A stretch of 63,813 nt of DNA, counting the filler, from Octopus bimaculoides (Eukaryota): assembly GCF_001194135.2 (NCBI RefSeq). It is 5 parts of 5 records of this genome, joined end to end, with 100 filler letters (N's around TTAATTAATTAA, not from the genome) between each part and the next. Parts side by side here need not be neighbours in the genome. Positions count along the whole stretch, not along the records: positions 60,184 to 62,163 come from NC_068987.1; positions 62,264 to 63,813 come from NC_068982.1; 3 more parts are not named here. One strand, 5' to 3'. Shown here in pieces: positions 60,450-63,813 of this stretch. The stretch's first letter is position 1; every line of letters starts with the position of its first letter. The position numbers and the translations under genes were made by a program. A model generated the notes under the pieces. The model worked only from the letters and a program-made list of their open reading frames with translations. It made no database searches and had not been told where the DNA came from.

Positions 60450-60620
60450 AATATCAAATATATTTAAGGTGTTCCACTTTACTCATGTCTCTGGTTCTAT
60501 ATATACGACTTCTTTGACTCTTTACTCTATATTTTTCTCCTGATTCGAAGTAATTAATTCTTCTTCAAAATTCAAGTGTTTTTTTAATAATAGATTCCTT
60601 CCCTAAGATTTGTTAGGAGA
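60450..60620 (-). mobile_element. Possible GIY-YIG (Penelope) C-terminal remnant
   Basis: ..RVKEVVYIEPE...LN resembles the KEAIYI...LN end of PLE endonucleases. Confidence 0.3.
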
Positions 60621-61265
60621 TTATCTTAGACAATCAACAATCAACTTTGTTAATTAGGATAAAATTAATGGTGATATTTATATTTATCCCGCACTATTTC
60701 TTTATCAAAAACTTTCGCTAATATCCGTTTGGCCGCTGTGTGTAACTGTGGAGGTAAATGCATGTTTGTGAAAGGAAATACTTTTTGGTATAATTAAGAT
60801 ATTTTATTGTCGAAAGTAAAAAAATGTATTAATTGAATAATTTCTATTATTGTATCTTAAGAAGAGAATATCGAGGCAGTCACTCGACCAGTTTGAAATC
60901 GTAGCCGGATCATCCAATCAGCCATACCCACCATCTTGAAGAACAACCTAAAAATAAACAATAACAACAAAGACAATTTTTCATTGTGTCAACAATATAT
61001 CCAGTAATCCTACAGAATAGAACTGGAAATGATCTAATTTGTCCAAAACAACAGTTTCTTTGGATTTATACATTTTAAATAACAAACATTACGATTCTGT
61101 ATTCCCAATGCACCAAATTTTAATTGAAAGAAAAATTCTTTTTAATGTTTTTCTCTCCCCATTCGCCATAAAATAAAATTTTAAAAATCCGAAATGAGAT
61201 TCGGCCAGATAATTGAATTCGTGAACATTTCACAATCCCCAATGTTTAAAAAGTCTAATATGAAA

Positions 61266-61470
61266 TTTACATTTGACGGATATTTGTCCTCATCTTGTTT
61301 GTTGTTAACACAAAGTTTCAGCTGATATACCCTCCGGCCTTCATCAGGTGTCTTGGAGGATATAGCAGCCGAAACGTTGTGTTAACAACAAACAAGATGA
61401 GGACAAATATCCGTCAAATGTAAAAAATGTAAATAATGTACATAATTCCTCATTTATTAAATAAAGAACT
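61266..61470. mobile_element. Palindromic copy of the hammerhead-tail family (ribozyme degenerate)
   Basis: Left arm (minus) gacacCTGATGAaggcc...cagctGAAACTTTgtgtt at 61307-61352; right arm starts within helix II. Confidence 0.75.
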
Positions 61471-61965
61471 GTGTAATCTGCAATGTTTTAAATGCAAACC
61501 CAAAGAAATAACGGTTTTTGGTAAAGTAGGTAATTTCCGATCCTATTCCATGCAAACTAATTTGACTCGTTTAATGTGGCACGTTAAACTTTAAGACCGT
61601 TGTTTATTAACAGATTCTTTAATAAAAATATATTGCTAAGCCATTGTTTTTGTTAATTTATTTTTCAGTCAATGTCTACCTTCGAAAGCTGGTTTCTCAT
61701 CAATGATGTGTTAATTTGCTTTAATGAACATTTTGTGTAGCAACAGAGTCTATAGTCTCATCTTCTAGAAAGTTCCAAACTATAGTCTGGCGTGCACATA
61801 TATATGTAGGTGTGTATGCAGTATGCATGTTAATGTGCATGTGTAAGAGAATAAAGAGCATGTAGATATCACGTACTTGACTTTCCACTGAATAAATCGG
61901 ATATATTAGAAGTGTGTGTGTGTGTGTGTGTGTGAGTGAGTATGTGTGCGCAGCGCGGCTGTGTG

Positions 61966-61998
<33 letters not shown>

Positions 61999-62100
61999 GC
62001 GTTTGTGGACCTTCAGTTGTTTCATTTAAATGAATAGCGACTTTGATGAGGTGTACATACACGAAGTATATATATCTATATATATAAAAATGAGAATGTG

Positions 62101-62135
<35 letters not shown>

Positions 62136-62279
62136 GTGAATCCCTAAAACTCGAGAACTACACNNNNNNNNNNNNNNNNNNNNNNNNNNNNNNNNNNNNN
62201 NNNNNNNTTAATTAATTAANNNNNNNNNNNNNNNNNNNNNNNNNNNNNNNNNNNNNNNNNNNNATATATATATATATAT

Positions 62280-62450
62280 ATACATATATACGACGGGCTT
62301 CTTTCAGTTTCCGTCTACCAAATCCACTTACAAGGCTTTGCTCGGCCTGTGGCTATAATAGAAGACACTTGCCCAAGGTGCCACGCAGTGGGACTGAACC
62401 CGGAACCATGTGGCTGGTAAGCAAGCTACTTACCACACAGCCACTCCTGC
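62280..62450 (-). mobile_element. tRNA-derived SINE head
   Basis: Reverse complement of 6875-7030. Confidence 0.8.
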
Positions 62451-63479
62451 CACATATATATTTACACACACATATTTACATGCATGCATTCATACATGCT
62501 GTCATTCAGCGACTCAATATAATAAAGGCGTAAAAATACGTATTTGTACTACTGCAGAAGGAAAATATCTAATTAGGTATGAAATCTACATGTATGTATA
62601 TCGGTACGTACACTCAACCTTTTGTATTGAATAAGGAAGCCAAAAACTTTTTTTTTTTATTAATAGAAAACATTAATCCTTGTTTATCTTAGGCTAAACA
62701 ATTCCTGTAGACACGTGCCACTTGTCAGTCAGTAAGTCATGTGACAAGATGGTCTGCATAATGTCATTAATTTGGAAACTACAAGCAAAAAACACTAAAC
62801 AATTCTTTCCCTTCCGAAGAACAAATGGCATTAAAACTAATCGAAAATAACCAGTAAGCTGACATGAACGTTCTATTTTAAGTTGCTTGTAGAAGAAATT
62901 AGAATAACAGAATATATCCAGGTCATTTAGGTATTGGATATCCTGGTGTTTGTTTATTTATTCATTCGTTCAAGGATGCTCTATTATCATATAAAGATTT
63001 TAGCTTGATGAAGATACTGATAGTGTTGTGTATATTAACAAAAGGGTCACAGTTAGTTCGCGGACAAGATGCCGTCCGTACAAATGATGGATTTTTAATT
63101 CGTAACTTGTTATTTGACACGGAACGTAATTCTGCTTGGTTGTAAAGACACCAACTGTGAAACAACTCAGCTGTAGACAAAGAAATCATAAAAATTGTCG
63201 AATAATTGGTTTGTTTAAAATCCCAAAATTGAAGTCTTCTTCGGTTGACTGAGATGGTTGACACGTGTGATTCATAACGTCTTCATATTCCACCAGAAAA
63301 ATATTCTTATTTTCTCTCATCTCCGGTGCCTACCCCTTCACACACTTATATAACAAGGAAAGACTAAGAAATTAACAGATGTTATTATGGTAGAAGCGAA
63401 TCAAACGAGCTCTTCTTTTGTGGCGCGAAAGTGCTACTTTCAAAGTTAGAAGTGAAAAAGAAATAGATGTATGTCATTA

Positions 63480-63813
63480 GTTGTTAGCACTCCGTCGCTT
63501 ACGACATCGAGGGTTCCAGTCGATCCGATCAATGGAACAGCCTGTTCGTGAAATTAACGTGCAAATGGCTGAGCACTCCACAGACACGTGTACCCTTAAC
63601 GTAGTTCTCGGGGATATTCAGCGTGACACAGTGTGACAAGGCTGACCCTTTGAATTACAGGCACAACAGAAACAGGAAGAAAGAGTGAGAGAAGGTTGTG
63701 GTGAAAGAGTACAGCAGGGTTCGCCACCATCCCCTGCCGGAACCTCGTGGAACTTTATGTGTTTTTGCTCAATAAACATTCACAATGCCCGGTCTGGGAA
63801 TCGAAACCGCTAT
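63480..63813 (-). mobile_element. Another tRNA-derived SINE family, running off the right edge
   Basis: Minus strand begins gcggtttcgattccc (B-box-like); GC-richer body. Confidence 0.5.

Noticed and set aside
60884-60947. Possible first coding exon MVGMADWMIRLRFQTGR (minus), or alternatively a decayed hammerhead (GATGA...CAAACTGGTC)
   Set aside because: Two incompatible weak readings, neither supported by homology.
29741-62219. TTAATTAATTAA islands inside N runs at 29741, 56585, 60128 and 62208
   Set aside because: Identical 12-mers with stops in all six frames between N blocks: scaffolding linkers, not biology.

Overview
AT-rich, microsatellite-dense, gapped eukaryotic scaffold; the repeat families and the single-exon C2H2 array suggest an octopus/cephalopod (inference). 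Most of the window is transposon-derived. Host coding content I can support: (1) first coding exon of ITFG2 (minus, 1048-1143); (2) the 3' six exons of a Patched-family/PTCHD3-like membrane protein (minus, 18840-27984; splice phases consistent wherever checkable, one exon broken by an assembly gap); (3) a terminal death-domain exon on the plus strand (40966-41303) whose gene probably overlaps the Patched-like gene in antisense; (4) an intact 521-aa, 17-finger C2H2 zinc-finger ORF (plus, 57533-59098). Mobile DNA includes mariner and maT transposons, a Merlin/IS1595-type transposase remnant, a 5'-truncated Ty3/Gypsy with 3' LTR, RTE, RTE-X-like, Tx1/L1-like, R4/Dong-like and Penelope-like retroelements, tRNA-derived SINEs and several MITEs. 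Most interesting: (a) a tRNA-headed SINE-like element carrying a minimal hammerhead ribozyme and a Penelope-style inverted tail that starts at the predicted cleavage site, with two more family members in the window; (b) two GG-terminated, 8-9-bp-TSD, Merlin-like MITEs that carry TTAGGG telomere-type repeats; (c) the apparent antisense overlap of the death-domain and Patched-like genes. No CRISPR array, rRNA or genuine tRNA gene was seen. All homology calls are from motif recognition, not database searches.
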